From IMG/VR virus record IMGVR_UViG_3300034072_000578, positions 1 to 64,000 of that record: a stretch of DNA of 64,000 nt. One strand, 5' to 3'. The notes beneath the pieces are model-generated. The model did no database searches, was not told the DNA's origin, and saw nothing but the letters and a program-made list of their open reading frames with translations. Shown here one piece after another: positions 1 to 10,720 of the stretch. A program made the translations under genes and the position numbers. Origin of the DNA: a virus. Numbering within the stretch: position 1 is the first letter of the stretch; every line of letters begins with the position of its first letter.

Positions 1-182
1 CCATGGATGATACATTCTATTTCATACTTCTTAGCGGCAGCGTCTAGAACTTTCTTTAGAAAAGCTGCTTGCTTGGCCGCTAGTAGTTTTGCAGCCTCGT
101 ATCCGCTATACGGTGGATCGAAGGGGACTTGAGGGAGGGAGCCGAAATCTCGGCCCCCACACACTAGGATTCTCTCACCCAT
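1..182 (-). CDS. SLOG/YspA-like (DUF2493) protein, 5' part only (runs off window)
   Basis: Manual translation from ATG at 182: MGERILVCGGRDF...IECIIHG, matching the VCGGRD...IIHG motifs of YspA-like SLOG proteins. Confidence 0.7.
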   Translation of the reverse strand, partial: MGERILVCGGRDFGSLPQVPFDPPYSGYEAAKLLAAKQAAFLKKVLDAAAKKYEIECIIH

Positions 183-1230
183 GCTTGGCATGAATTTCCA
201 ATAGTTCTTTCAGCCCGTCTTCCGACTTGCGGAAATAGTCAATGACATTTTCCCTGCCTTGGATACTCTTACCCATGAACTTAATCCAAGCTCCTGCTGT
301 CTCGATTGCTCCGATGTCTAGAAGATAATGCGTATAGCCTCCGATAACATCAAAGTTACCATTACCTTTATCATCGAATACGAAATCCCAATGCACGTTC
401 TGGAATGGAACAGTGTTTCTAGACTTCTCGGTTAGACAAGTGATATCCTTGTAAATTAACTTCTTAGCATCGCCTTTGCCTTCCCAAAAGTTTTTAGCCT
501 TTAGGACTAGAACGGTTGATGCGTAGAAGTATGCAGCATCGCCACCGGGGAACTTGTAGGTTTCGTTTCCATAGGTGTCGGTCTGGATACGAACTTGGTT
601 AATAAACACGGCAGTAACGCCGTATGTATCAAACTCTGTTGAAAGCATGGGCATCCAAGCCGATGTAGCGGCAGATAGAGCGTAGTTATCGTGCATTGAT
701 AGCCGACCGCCCTTCTTAATTGCCCCCTCTTTGCCATGCACATTGTCAAACTTGGACTGTGGAACCATGGCGTGTAGCGAGTCAAAAATAAACACGATTG
801 GAGCATCCGAAGGGATTACTTCGTTTTCTCTAATCAGCTTCGCTAATTTAATAGCGCGGGTAACGCCATCCTCGAAAGTCTTAGGCTTGTAATAGCGGAA
901 TGGTGCGTCTTCATCGTCATCATCGACAATTAGCCCTTGCTTGATAGCTAGTTCTTTCTGATACTGGCGCTCATAGTCAAAGAAAGCTGCGAAACCACCT
1001 TGCTTCTGTGCGCTAATCATTAGCTGGGTTGAAATCATTGTCTTGCCGCAAGCTGATTCACCAGCAATCATTGCGATCTGACCTGACGGCAATCCCTTCT
1101 TATAATCGCCAGAAAGGATTTTGTTTAGTGGCGGGTAGCCCGTGTCTAGATAGTGGCGGGTGACACCGCTTGTTTGGGTGCCTTCTAGCTTCGCTTCCTT
1201 TAGAAGCTTTGATAATTTACCTAATGACAT
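175..1230 (-). CDS. uvsX: RecA/UvsX-like recombinase
   Basis: DTGYPPLNKILSG, Walker A GESACGKT, FIFDSL, FINQVR, PGGDA and AGAW motifs. Confidence 0.93.
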   Translation of the reverse strand: MSLGKLSKLLKEAKLEGTQTSGVTRHYLDTGYPPLNKILSGDYKKGLPSGQIAMIAGESACGKTMISTQLMISAQKQGGFAAFFDYERQYQKELAIKQGLIVDDDDEDAPFRYYKPKTFEDGVTRAIKLAKLIRENEVIPSDAPIVFIFDSLHAMVPQSKFDNVHGKEGAIKKGGRLSMHDNYALSAATSAWMPMLSTEFDTYGVTAVFINQVRIQTDTYGNETYKFPGGDAAYFYASTVLVLKAKNFWEGKGDAKKLIYKDITCLTEKSRNTVPFQNVHWDFVFDDKGNGNFDVIGGYTHYLLDIGAIETAGAWIKFMGKSIQGRENVIDYFRKSEDGLKELLEIHAKHG

Positions 1231-2161
1231 TTTTATTACCTCTGAATGGTTCTAGGAAAAGGTCTAAAGAATTTCCTCTTAGCTGTAGTGAAACAGATGA
1301 AGCGAACTCCCTAAAGTCTTCCGCAATGAGGGGCTTCCGGGTGTTCCTAAGATCGACAATAGCCGGTCTGGCATCTGTTGCTAGGTTCGCCAGCCTATCA
1401 TTTTGATTTAGGATTTCAACGGTTGCTGGAATATCTAACTCTCTAAAGACCTTAGGCAGCTTCTTACCATCAATCTTCTGCCAAAACTCTGCTGTTCCTT
1501 GTGGATTGTTTTGTAGTTCATCTAGGAATTCGCGGAAGTTAGGCCACCAAGCATAAATGGTTTGTAGTTTAGCTGGTCCAATCCCTTTAGGGCCAATGAT
1601 ATTATCGCCGGTATCCCCAAGTATTGTCTTGGCTTCTACAAACTGGATCGGGTCATTGAAGCCAGTATCACGCTTGAAGGTCTGGTAGTCGCAAGTCTTG
1701 TCCCGAATAATGTCAATCCAATTGACACCGGGTTGGACTAGCTGCTGCCAATCTTCGTCTGCTGTTAGGAGAGTTACGGGAATGCCTTTAGAAACGGCAT
1801 TCTCTGTCAAGGTATATGCTAGGTCGTCCGCTTCCATGTTGGCCGCGATTGATTGGGTGACGCCTAGGAGCTTAAGACCCTTGATAATGTCGGGTTTCTG
1901 AGCCATGTATGCAGCTTTCATTTCACGCTGCTTTTCAGTGACTTCTCTCTTACCCTTATATTCTGCATAGATATCTTTACGCCATGATCTGCCATCCCAT
2001 AGGACCATTATCATTGCATTAGGATATTGTTCGTAAGTCTCGCGGACTCTATTGAGAACGTAATGGATTGCTTGCACTTTTCTAGTGCCGGAAAAAATGG
2101 GGACTCGACCGTTGCCAGCGAATCCCCAATTGTTTCCGTCAATTAAGACGAGTCTTTTCAT
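1217..2161 (-). CDS. 5'-3' exonuclease / flap endonuclease (T4 RNase H / T5 D15-like)
   Basis: LIDGNN, WDG..SWRK.IY.EYK, EADD, DEDW.QL and GDTGDNI.GPKGIG motifs. Confidence 0.92.
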   Translation of the reverse strand: MKRLVLIDGNNWGFAGNGRVPIFSGTRKVQAIHYVLNRVRETYEQYPNAMIMVLWDGRSWRKDIYAEYKGKREVTEKQREMKAAYMAQKPDIIKGLKLLGVTQSIAANMEADDLAYTLTENAVSKGIPVTLLTADEDWQQLVQPGVNWIDIIRDKTCDYQTFKRDTGFNDPIQFVEAKTILGDTGDNIIGPKGIGPAKLQTIYAWWPNFREFLDELQNNPQGTAEFWQKIDGKKLPKVFRELDIPATVEILNQNDRLANLATDARPAIVDLRNTRKPLIAEDFREFASSVSLQLRGNSLDLFLEPFRGNKNVIR

Positions 2162-3018
2162 TAATCGAATAGAGCGTCGATATCCGCGTCTGATACCGCT
2201 ACGGTTTCGACTTCAACGTCAACGCCACCTGCGGCAGCATCATCGATCACATCAAACTGTGCGTCCGTAACGTCTTCATTACGGGTTGAACGGCGATCCT
2301 CAATTAGATCGGTCGAACGATCAATTAGAGCTACCGGCTCACCGATTAGGCTCTTAATTGCGTTGACAGCGCGTTCACCATCCGCGAACTTCGCACGAAT
2401 GAAAGCATCGATGTCGTTAATCTTGTCCATTACGGCAGGATCAACCTTGCTTGAACGACGGGCTAGGGTGAATTCATACTTCGTATCGAAGCCCTTACCT
2501 GACTTACCAACGGTTAGGTTGAAGCCCTTTTCTAGGCTTAGGATATCGTCACCTTCTTCTTCTGCCTTGATTAGCATGGCAGTGATAGGGCCGGTAAACT
2601 GAGCTTCTGAGAACTCTAGGATTTGCGGTTCATTCGGATCAACTTCCGGGTCGTTTAGGACTAGACCGTTGACTAGGACACGCGAGCTAGCTAGCATTTC
2701 CTTGTAATGCTTGCGCTGACCATCTGACTTAGCGGCAGTTAGGGCCTTATAGACTAGGTTACGAACTACGTCATCTTCGCCGAACGTGATTTTACGATCA
2801 CCGACAACAGCTAGAACGTTGCCATCGAAATCTTTAATCCAAGTCTGTCCGAAATCGTGGAAAATGGGGGCGTCTTCTTCACCTTCGATAGGTTCACGCC
2901 AAGCGCCTAGGAGGCGGATATCTGTTGATGCTTGCTTGAAACGGTAGGTATTCTGGCGACCTGCGTTGCGGTCAGCTACTTCTTGCTTCTTCTTCTTTAA
3001 CTGTGCTGCTAATGACAT
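2161..3018 (-). CDS. single-stranded DNA-binding protein (gp32-like)
   Basis: K.G.GFDTKY motif, acidic C-terminal tail, position between exonuclease and polymerase. Confidence 0.75.
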   Translation of the reverse strand: MSLAAQLKKKKQEVADRNAGRQNTYRFKQASTDIRLLGAWREPIEGEEDAPIFHDFGQTWIKDFDGNVLAVVGDRKITFGEDDVVRNLVYKALTAAKSDGQRKHYKEMLASSRVLVNGLVLNDPEVDPNEPQILEFSEAQFTGPITAMLIKAEEEGDDILSLEKGFNLTVGKSGKGFDTKYEFTLARRSSKVDPAVMDKINDIDAFIRAKFADGERAVNAIKSLIGEPVALIDRSTDLIEDRRSTRNEDVTDAQFDVIDDAAAGGVDVEVETVAVSDADIDALFD

Positions 3019-3104
3019 TCTTTTCTTCTACTTTCTTTAACTTTTTTAGTGCCTTTATAATGGCGGTAGCCATTATAACAGAATTAATTACTTCTGCAAG
3101 GATA

Positions 3105-3518
3105 TTATTGGGTTGTGCTGTGGAAACTACGTTCGCGATCTGCGCGGGTTGATGTTTCGAGCGATCTGCAATTGTTGGCTGCTGCCTGTAGCGAACTGTA
3201 GGCGTTCTTATAGGCCGTCTTTTGAGCTGTTGCAACGGCTAGTGATTTCTTGAACTTAAGGTAAGTCTCATCCACCGCTACTAAGCAAGCTAGTGACTTT
3301 TCGGTGTGCTTATCCCCGCTAGCTCTAGCTTGGTTCATCACTTTCGCTTCTTGCTCTTCCATCTGAATTTTCATTAGAAGAAGATACTCTTCCCACTCAG
3401 ACTCCTGCGTTCCGTAATAACCCAAATATGATCCATTAATAGCAAGGTAGGGGCCGGGATTGAATTGGTCGAAAATAAGTGCTTTTGCTAATTCTTTGTC
3501 GTCTAACTTCTGTCTCAT
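3105..3518 (-). CDS. UvsY-like recombination mediator (putative)
   Basis: 137-aa helical/coiled-coil protein next to SSB and UvsX; size and pattern like UvsY. Confidence 0.5.
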   Translation of the reverse strand: MRQKLDDKELAKALIFDQFNPGPYLAINGSYLGYYGTQESEWEEYLLLMKIQMEEQEAKVMNQARASGDKHTEKSLACLVAVDETYLKFKKSLAVATAQKTAYKNAYSSLQAAANNCRSLETSTRADRERSFHSTTQ

Positions 3519-3709
3519 TAACCTGCTTTTGCCTCTGTAACTTTTCCGCCCTTAATGCGGACTAGGACTCTATCTTCGTCCCAGCTTGAAGTGACGAAAA
3601 AGAATTGACCATCTTCTTCGATCACTACAAACTTATGATTGTAATATTCGGTTAGGAGGCGAGCTTCCTCTTCCTCCATACCGATTAACCTACTTAGTGT
3701 GAAATTCAT
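3518..3709 (-). CDS. small hypothetical protein (I78 inhibitor-like C-terminus)
   Basis: Coupled ORF; C-terminus T..WDEDRV.V.IKGGKVTEAKAG. Confidence 0.55.
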   Translation of the reverse strand: MNFTLSRLIGMEEEEARLLTEYYNHKFVVIEEDGQFFFVTSSWDEDRVLVRIKGGKVTEAKAG

Positions 3710-6700
3710 ACCAAACTTGCCAATGTCTCGAATAACTCATTTAGAGGTTCTTCTAGTTCCTTGTTATGGAACAGCATACCCGGCGAGAAGCCTAGGATAA
3801 TGTTACAGTCCAATTCCGAACTGTAATGAACCTGACCGGCATTATCCGTTGCGCTACCTTTAAGGTCTGGAACGAACATGCGATTTATATTGGAGCCTAA
3901 ACAAATGATCGCTGGCGGCTTAAGGATTTCGATTTCCTGTTTAAGGATTTTGAAACCCCCTTCTAAGGTGGCATTGTCGAATAACTTTTCCTTAGCTCTC
4001 TTTGGACGTTTCACTAGGGAAGTCCAATAACCGTCTGCCTTGTTAAGGTCCGCCCTATATAAAGCCCGTGCGATGGAAGTAAAGGCTTTCGACTCCGTTA
4101 ACTTACCAGCCTTAGCTTCGGATGCACTTGGACAATCTAATACCACCATGAATTTAGGCGTCTTACCTAATAGCGGCATTACAAAGCTTGGGTCTTCCTC
4201 TTTCAGCTTTAGTAGCAGCGTTCCTAGGCTATTCTTACCCGCTCGCTCTAGATCGATTTTACGGTCAATCTGGACGAATCCTAGTGGTAAGCTAGGTAGG
4301 TAGTCATTAATAGCTTTTGAGCGCTCTACGGGGTCCATAGCGGCTGATTCAGGGTCGATTTCATCCATGGCCCCTACAGCCTTCAATGCACCTACCACAC
4401 GACTGTTACAAAGCCTCTTAGGGACTCTGTCCTGTAGATTCTCTACAGAAGTAAACGGTCCTCCAGCGTTTCGCTCATCCATAATAACGGTGGCCGCCGC
4501 TTGCACATATTTGATTTTAGATAGCGGTGCCACAATGCGCGATCCACTAGCAGGAACGAACTTGTCAGTGCTATGATTGATACTAGGAGGATCAACATTA
4601 ATACCTGCCTTATTAGCTTCCGTAATGATTGAACGGACTTTCTTATCATCTACGTAAGTTAATGATGCAGCGTAAAACTCTACAGGATAGTAGGTCTTAA
4701 GATACATGCAGATATAGCTTAGTAGTGAGTATTCTACCGAGTGAGACTTATTGAAAGCGTAGAACGCGAACTTACTAATCTGCTCATAAAGCGTATTAGC
4801 GGTGTAAGCATCGATACCGTTAGTTTTAAACGCACCTTCAATGAACTTGTCCTTTTCTTTCTTCATTGCTTCTGGGTCTTTTTTACCCATGATCTTACGT
4901 AGGTTGTCGGCTTCTGGTAGCGTGTAGCCTGCGAAGGCCACTGATACCGCCATAATTTGCTCCTGATAGCAAATTACGTTGAAGGTCGGCTCTACGATGG
5001 TCGCAATTGAGGGGTGGAAGGCTTCGTGAAGGTCGCCATTCTTGCCATCAATATACGCCTGCACTAGGCCAGCCTCGATAGGGCCGGGTCGGTTTAGAGC
5101 GTTAGCAGCTACTAGGTCATCGAATGTGATTTCGCCACCTTTAGCAAGCCCCTTTAGGAGCTTCTTAACCGATCCACCTTCGAACTGGAAAACACCACCA
5201 GTGTTACCTAGGGCGAACTGGTCTAGAGTCCTGCGATCATCCAGCGGAATCTTAGCAAAATCGATGTCGATAGAATGCCTATCGCGAACATACTTGACGC
5301 ATAGGTCCATAATGTCGAGAGTAGTAAGCCCAAGGATATCAAGTTTAATAAGCCCCTGTTTTTCGCAAATCTTCTTATCCCAATTGATAATGCGGGATTG
5401 ATCCGCACCACGTATCTCTACCACCGCATCCTGATTAAGTGGACGCGATGAAACGATCACACCAGCAGCGTGAGTAGAGAAGTTACGTAGCTTCTTCTCT
5501 AGCTTGGTAGCCTTGTCCCAATGATCGGGGTAAGCCTTAGCGAAAGCCCCAATATCAATAACTTCTTTAGCAGCCTCTTCTAGAGTGACTGAAAAGCCGA
5601 AGTTCTTCGGAACAAGCTTGGAACAGGTATATTCCTCAGCAGGCAAACCAAGGATACGGCACGTTGAGCGAAGCGCTGACGCCGCCTGTAGGGAAGCGTA
5701 GTTAATGATACCTGCAACGTTGTCTTTCCCGTATCGGTCGTATAGGTGTTCAATAATCTCGCCTCTACGCGAGGTTTGAAAGTCCAGATCAATATCCGGC
5801 AAATCCAAGCGGGTCGGATTGATAAATCTTTCAAAAAGAAGTCCGAATCTAACGGGATCAACATCGGTAATTCCTAAACAAAATGCGATTAAAGAACCGC
5901 CCACCGAACCACGGCCCGGTCCTACTTTGATGGCTTGGCCCTTACACCAGTCGATTAGCTCATGCACTAGCAGGAAGTAATCGCTAAAGCCTAGGTCGCC
6001 TAGAACCTTAAACTCATGCTTAAGCCGATCAGCGTAGATGCTGGTTAGCTCTTCTCTGGTTGGCTTGTAGCCATATAGCTCTTCCTGTAGCCGCTTCTTG
6101 AAGCCTTCAATGGTTAGCTTCTTTAGCGTCGCTAGTGGATCGGCACTTAGCTGCGGTAGTAGAGGGTCTTGCTTCTTCCACTGGTAGAACTCAGCGGGAT
6201 TCAGGGATAGCTTATGGAACGATAATTCTTTTCCATATCGATCATTAAGGCGATCCAGCATAGCAATAGTATCGTTACTAACGTCATGATAGTAATATTC
6301 CTCCGTAAACGGATTAAGGAAGTTGAACTCCACATTCTTATGGATCGAGAAGTGAATTGGGAAAATGCTAGCCTCTTCCTTCGTGTAGATCGAAGGGGTA
6401 TATACTAGGCATTCTAGACCATTCTTTTCCGCGAACTCTAGACCATCCTTATTAAGACGATCCCAACGGGCAGTCTTAACCGGGCAAATGTCTACGAACC
6501 ACTTAGTTCCGAAGTGGTCATGTGTTCTCTCGTAGAGCCATTGATGCTTCTTATAAGTGAAGATGCTATTGAAGTCGCCAGTAGAAACGATAATATCGTC
6601 TCCAGCTTCTTCGCATAAGCTAATGAACGAACTCATGTCTAGACGCGGTTCCATATAAAAATATGGACGCTCAAATGACTTCGAAAGGTAACGGTAAATG

Positions 6701-6963
6701 ATCCGCATACCTCTTTCGTTACGCGGGTAAATCTTTGGCTGGAAGACCGGCAAGCGGGCCTGCTCAGCTTCTTCTACTAGAGTAAGTCTGACACCTGTAA
6801 TCAGTTTCCCGCCAAGCTTTTCGCTCAGCGGGATCATGGATGATACGTTCATGGTATCAGCAACAATGACACTAGATAGGTCATTATCTTCTACCGTTTT
6901 AATAATATCCTTAACTGATAGCAGTGAGTGACCCAATGAGAATTCACTACTTGCTACTAACAT
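3706..6963 (-). CDS. dnaE: DNA polymerase III alpha subunit (DnaE-type) with C-terminal UDG-like domain
   Basis: PHP N-terminus, GPGRGSVGGSL, FERFINP.R.DLPDIDLDF, HAAGV, KLDILGL, FNKSHS. Confidence 0.95.
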   Translation of the reverse strand: MLVASSEFSLGHSLLSVKDIIKTVEDNDLSSVIVADTMNVSSMIPLSEKLGGKLITGVRLTLVEEAEQARLPVFQPKIYPRNERGMRIIYRYLSKSFERPYFYMEPRLDMSSFISLCEEAGDDIIVSTGDFNSIFTYKKHQWLYERTHDHFGTKWFVDICPVKTARWDRLNKDGLEFAEKNGLECLVYTPSIYTKEEASIFPIHFSIHKNVEFNFLNPFTEEYYYHDVSNDTIAMLDRLNDRYGKELSFHKLSLNPAEFYQWKKQDPLLPQLSADPLATLKKLTIEGFKKRLQEELYGYKPTREELTSIYADRLKHEFKVLGDLGFSDYFLLVHELIDWCKGQAIKVGPGRGSVGGSLIAFCLGITDVDPVRFGLLFERFINPTRLDLPDIDLDFQTSRRGEIIEHLYDRYGKDNVAGIINYASLQAASALRSTCRILGLPAEEYTCSKLVPKNFGFSVTLEEAAKEVIDIGAFAKAYPDHWDKATKLEKKLRNFSTHAAGVIVSSRPLNQDAVVEIRGADQSRIINWDKKICEKQGLIKLDILGLTTLDIMDLCVKYVRDRHSIDIDFAKIPLDDRRTLDQFALGNTGGVFQFEGGSVKKLLKGLAKGGEITFDDLVAANALNRPGPIEAGLVQAYIDGKNGDLHEAFHPSIATIVEPTFNVICYQEQIMAVSVAFAGYTLPEADNLRKIMGKKDPEAMKKEKDKFIEGAFKTNGIDAYTANTLYEQISKFAFYAFNKSHSVEYSLLSYICMYLKTYYPVEFYAASLTYVDDKKVRSIITEANKAGINVDPPSINHSTDKFVPASGSRIVAPLSKIKYVQAAATVIMDERNAGGPFTSVENLQDRVPKRLCNSRVVGALKAVGAMDEIDPESAAMDPVERSKAINDYLPSLPLGFVQIDRKIDLERAGKNSLGTLLLKLKEEDPSFVMPLLGKTPKFMVVLDCPSASEAKAGKLTESKAFTSIARALYRADLNKADGYWTSLVKRPKRAKEKLFDNATLEGGFKILKQEIEILKPPAIICLGSNINRMFVPDLKGSATDNAGQVHYSSELDCNIILGFSPGMLFHNKELEEPLNELFETLASLV

Positions 6964-7904
6964 TATTCAAAAATCCTATCTGCAATGGAGTTGATGGCGG
7001 CTGCGTCGATTGACGACATGCGAGCGGTAAACGCTTTCTGAACGCCATACTTGAAGTTCAATTTATCCCGTCCCCGCAGGATTGCAAGGTCTACTATTTC
7101 GAGTAGTTCGCGGGTGCTAAGGGTGTTAGTGATGGTTCTTTCATCATAAGCCTTGCGAACGGCAGTCACGAAACTCATAACCGACTTTAGATCGACTTCC
7201 GGTATCTTACCGAAAGTTTCCGTTAGAATCTTAGCTTCGTTCTTAGGATAGGGCTTATGAATCGTAATGGCGAAACGGGAATAGTTAGCTGCGTTCTGTA
7301 GCTGCGTTCCCTGATACAACCCGGTTTCGTCCCCTGACCCGTTGGTGTTGCCTGTAGCAACAAACCTGAAATCTGGATGAGGCTCGATAACCGCGATATC
7401 TTCGGGTGCATTCTTGATTAGAAGCGGCTCACCTTCTAGAACAGCCTGATAGATCGCTAGCACGTTTGGCAGGGCGAAATCATATTCGTCCGCCACATAG
7501 ATTAGCCCATATTTCATAGCTCTTGCTAGCGGGCCTAGGTGGAATGTCGTCTTGTCACCCTCTAGAACCCAAGTCCCTAGAACGTCAGCCTCTTCCGTTG
7601 ATACCGAGTGCTGGACTCGCATCGCAGGGCGGTTAACGCGGTTAGCGAACTGCATAATAACAGTAGACTTGCCCGAACCGTGTAGGCCCCAGATTAAAAG
7701 AGGCTTATTACGGTCGAGAGCGATACCAATATCAATAAGCTCGCTAGTGTCGAACACATAGTTTGACTTGCGTTTAGGTATATATTTTTCGGTGCCATCG
7801 GTTCTATCTGGCAGTTTGGCGAACTCAATAACTTCGCCACTACCATTCTTAACAGCATCGGATTCCCTAATGCCGAATAAGTCTGTGATTTTTACTAATT
7901 CCAC
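6963..7904 (-). CDS. cobS: CobS-like MoxR AAA+ ATPase
   Basis: GLHGSGKS Walker A, ADEYD Walker B, HPDFRFVATGNTNGSGD. Confidence 0.88.
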   Translation of the reverse strand: MELVKITDLFGIRESDAVKNGSGEVIEFAKLPDRTDGTEKYIPKRKSNYVFDTSELIDIGIALDRNKPLLIWGLHGSGKSTVIMQFANRVNRPAMRVQHSVSTEEADVLGTWVLEGDKTTFHLGPLARAMKYGLIYVADEYDFALPNVLAIYQAVLEGEPLLIKNAPEDIAVIEPHPDFRFVATGNTNGSGDETGLYQGTQLQNAANYSRFAITIHKPYPKNEAKILTETFGKIPEVDLKSVMSFVTAVRKAYDERTITNTLSTRELLEIVDLAILRGRDKLNFKYGVQKAFTARMSSIDAAAINSIADRIFE

Positions 7905-7905
7905 T

Positions 7906-9654
7906 TTAAATCCTTGTTTTCAGGAACCCGAACAATGCTGCTGGTAGGTCGCCTAATTGCTTAATTACTTTGTAATTCTTATAGTAATTACTAACAGAAT
8001 TACTCTTAATGCCTATGCCGAATATATCAACCCCATATTTAGACTGGCTTACGCTGTCTAAATACTTAAGCATTTCTTGGCTTTTCTTAGTATCGCCTAG
8101 GAAGGCTGGTGAACCGTCGCTGAAAACAAATAGCGTCTTCTGCTCTTCCGGTCTTACCGCTAACCTCTCTAGTGCCCGCTTGACGTGATAGGAGTCTTCG
8201 TTTTCCTGTAAGTTACCGCTTCCCTTGGCAATGTTAATCATCGCTTTCTTACTATCAAGATCGAAGTTATCGCCAAACTTCTTAAACGGGTATATCACTT
8301 CCGGGTAGGTTGGATTGATGACTTTCGCGGCTAGAGTAGGACTAATAGTTTCTTTAACCCTAGCCCATGCTTCCTTCTTACCTAGAATGTCGGACCGCTC
8401 AGTAGTAAAGCCGTAAATCTCATAAGGTATCTTTAGCGATTCAAGCGTAAGAGCAAAAGCATATGCCGATTTCATAGCTATGCTGATCGGCTCGCCTCTC
8501 ATGGAGCCTGACATATCGATCAGAAGCCCTACGGCGGCTTTTACGTCCCTCACTTCACTCTTGCGGGAGAAGATGCGATCATTGCCCGTTTTGACGCTGT
8601 GGAGGCTTTTCTGGTTCAATCTGCCTGACCGCCATCCGCCAGTATACCAGCGACGGTTTCGGCTCTCCAGCAGCCTCTTAAGGTCTTTAGAGAGGTAATT
8701 GGAAATCCTCTTAACCTCATCTTCGAATGCGGCGATAGAACGGGTAGCTAATGCAGCTACTTGTTTCTTATCCTTCACGATATCAAAACGATCCGAGAAG
8801 TGATAATTTTTAGCCGCTCGTTTCGCTAAATGCTCGACTTCCGCCCCGATTGCTTCTGCTAATTCATCCTCTACCTTTTTAAGGTCTTCTAGGCGTGGGG
8901 GTTTAGGAGACGATGGTTTACGCTCTTTCTTCTTCTCGCTATCGTCTGCCCCACCTTCACCTTTATCTTCGCTTTCGCTAAACTCTTTATAAAAGAAATC
9001 TACGAAATAGTCGGTAAGGTTTCTTACGTCTTCCGCACTGGTGACGCTAGCTAAAGCTTCTACCTTGGCGGGATTCATTTTAGCTTCAAGAGGATCGAAA
9101 AGCTTATTAGCTTTAATCTCATCATATTTATCGCTACTAAATCTACAGTTGGATTTCTTAGCGAACCATAATGACGAATAGCGAACTTGATAGTCCTTTA
9201 GCTGCTCTTCATCTTTCCTGTCGCATTCCATGATGGCGCTATAAGAATAAGGCTTGCTTCCGAACTCATCTTCGCGGTTGAAGATATAATTGTAGCCAGC
9301 CCTAATGTTAGCTTCGCAACCCGGATAGATACTGGACATGCCAGCATTTACGCGAGGGTCTTCAATGCAGTTGTGGATATAATGCCATAGCTTGCTTTTA
9401 GAGCTATCGCAGATATCATCGCCGCTACTTAAAAGGATATGGCCGCATTCATGATCGATATAGCCGTGCATTGCTGCCAGTAAGGCACTAGTTGCGCCCT
9501 CTGGAAGCTCTGGGATAAAAATGGTTTTCGGCTTTTTTGTTTTAGGATCATATACGACTCTTGGGGCAAAACCTTCCATGTATACTTTGATGTTTTGCCC
9601 CGCTAAAATCTTAGCAGTCTTCTTTAGGATTTGAGCCTGTTCTAATACGTTCAC
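7906..9654 (-). CDS. cobT: CobT-like vWA protein
   Basis: N-terminal HECGH motif, MIDAS DMSGS, FSDGSP; adjacent to cobS. Confidence 0.85.
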   Translation of the reverse strand: MNVLEQAQILKKTAKILAGQNIKVYMEGFAPRVVYDPKTKKPKTIFIPELPEGATSALLAAMHGYIDHECGHILLSSGDDICDSSKSKLWHYIHNCIEDPRVNAGMSSIYPGCEANIRAGYNYIFNREDEFGSKPYSYSAIMECDRKDEEQLKDYQVRYSSLWFAKKSNCRFSSDKYDEIKANKLFDPLEAKMNPAKVEALASVTSAEDVRNLTDYFVDFFYKEFSESEDKGEGGADDSEKKKERKPSSPKPPRLEDLKKVEDELAEAIGAEVEHLAKRAAKNYHFSDRFDIVKDKKQVAALATRSIAAFEDEVKRISNYLSKDLKRLLESRNRRWYTGGWRSGRLNQKSLHSVKTGNDRIFSRKSEVRDVKAAVGLLIDMSGSMRGEPISIAMKSAYAFALTLESLKIPYEIYGFTTERSDILGKKEAWARVKETISPTLAAKVINPTYPEVIYPFKKFGDNFDLDSKKAMINIAKGSGNLQENEDSYHVKRALERLAVRPEEQKTLFVFSDGSPAFLGDTKKSQEMLKYLDSVSQSKYGVDIFGIGIKSNSVSNYYKNYKVIKQLGDLPAALFGFLKTRI

Positions 9655-10720
9655 TACTTAACCTACTTCTGACTAGCATCATGTTCGTTGGAACTCTTCG
9701 CTGGTTAAGAGCCTTTAGAACCATCTGCGGGGTTGTTTCTGCGGGGTCGCAACCGTCCGGTAGGTCAAGGGCCACTGTGACCGGGAAACCATACGCACGG
9801 AGCTTTAGAGCAGCCTTGATAGCTGCCGTTCGCGCCTTAGGCTCTCCATCCCACATGATAACGAATTCCTCAACCCCTGCTGCCTTCATTGCTGCTAGGT
9901 CTGCTAGCTGGTCTTCCGCCGTATAAACGTCCTTCTGTATGCTAAAATGCTTACCGAACGTTCCACATGCTGCCCAATCTTTATAACCTACTTCGCTTTC
10001 TAGCGCTTTGGTGGTGGCGAACACATCGAATACGCCTTCATTGAGTATGACTCTTTTGATACGGTTTTTGATGACGTAATGAGCGTTGTAGATATATCGT
10101 GCTGTTCCCGGTAGCATATTGGGAAAGAGATACTTCTTTGGGGAGGTTCCTGTAATGTCGCGGCCTTGAAAGGTTGCGGGCTTTCCATCGACATCGTAGA
10201 TAGGAATGATAATGCGATTACTAAAATCGACCATCCTACGATTACCTTGATAATCTTCATATCGGTAGAATCCAGCTTGACAGTTTCGTAAATCGAACCT
10301 CTTAGCGATCTTAGCATCAATGCCTCTATCGACCAGATAACCGGGTAGGTCATCGTCGTTCTCTATCTTAAGGTTTAATGGGAGCTTCCAATCTTTATTA
10401 GCTTTGATACTAACATGGTGGAGCTTTTTCGGCTTATAAGTGAAGATAGATTCGTTGTTTTCCAAGAATCTAAAAACATTCGAAGATGGGCCGCCGATAG
10501 ACTTATTTAGGAATTTAAACAAATTCCATTTTTCATCGCATCTAAAGCAATTACCCAAAAATGATTCTGCGTTAAAATATACTTTATAGTCATTGGAGTG
10601 GCAATTGGGACACGTCTTTACATTTATCTGTAATCCACGGTTCCCGCTGGAAAGCCTATATTCGTATCCTAAATAGGATAATACACTTTCGTAATCGTAG
10701 TTAGTGATGTCTGTTTTCAT
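9611..10720 (-). CDS. DNA primase (Zn-finger + TOPRIM)
   Basis: CPNC...CFRC zinc finger, RIIIPI, FQGR, EGVFD, WDGE. Confidence 0.9.
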   Translation of the reverse strand: MKTDITNYDYESVLSYLGYEYRLSSGNRGLQINVKTCPNCHSNDYKVYFNAESFLGNCFRCDEKWNLFKFLNKSIGGPSSNVFRFLENNESIFTYKPKKLHHVSIKANKDWKLPLNLKIENDDDLPGYLVDRGIDAKIAKRFDLRNCQAGFYRYEDYQGNRRMVDFSNRIIIPIYDVDGKPATFQGRDITGTSPKKYLFPNMLPGTARYIYNAHYVIKNRIKRVILNEGVFDVFATTKALESEVGYKDWAACGTFGKHFSIQKDVYTAEDQLADLAAMKAAGVEEFVIMWDGEPKARTAAIKAALKLRAYGFPVTVALDLPDGCDPAETTPQMVLKALNQRRVPTNMMLVRSRLSSERIRTGSNPKEDC

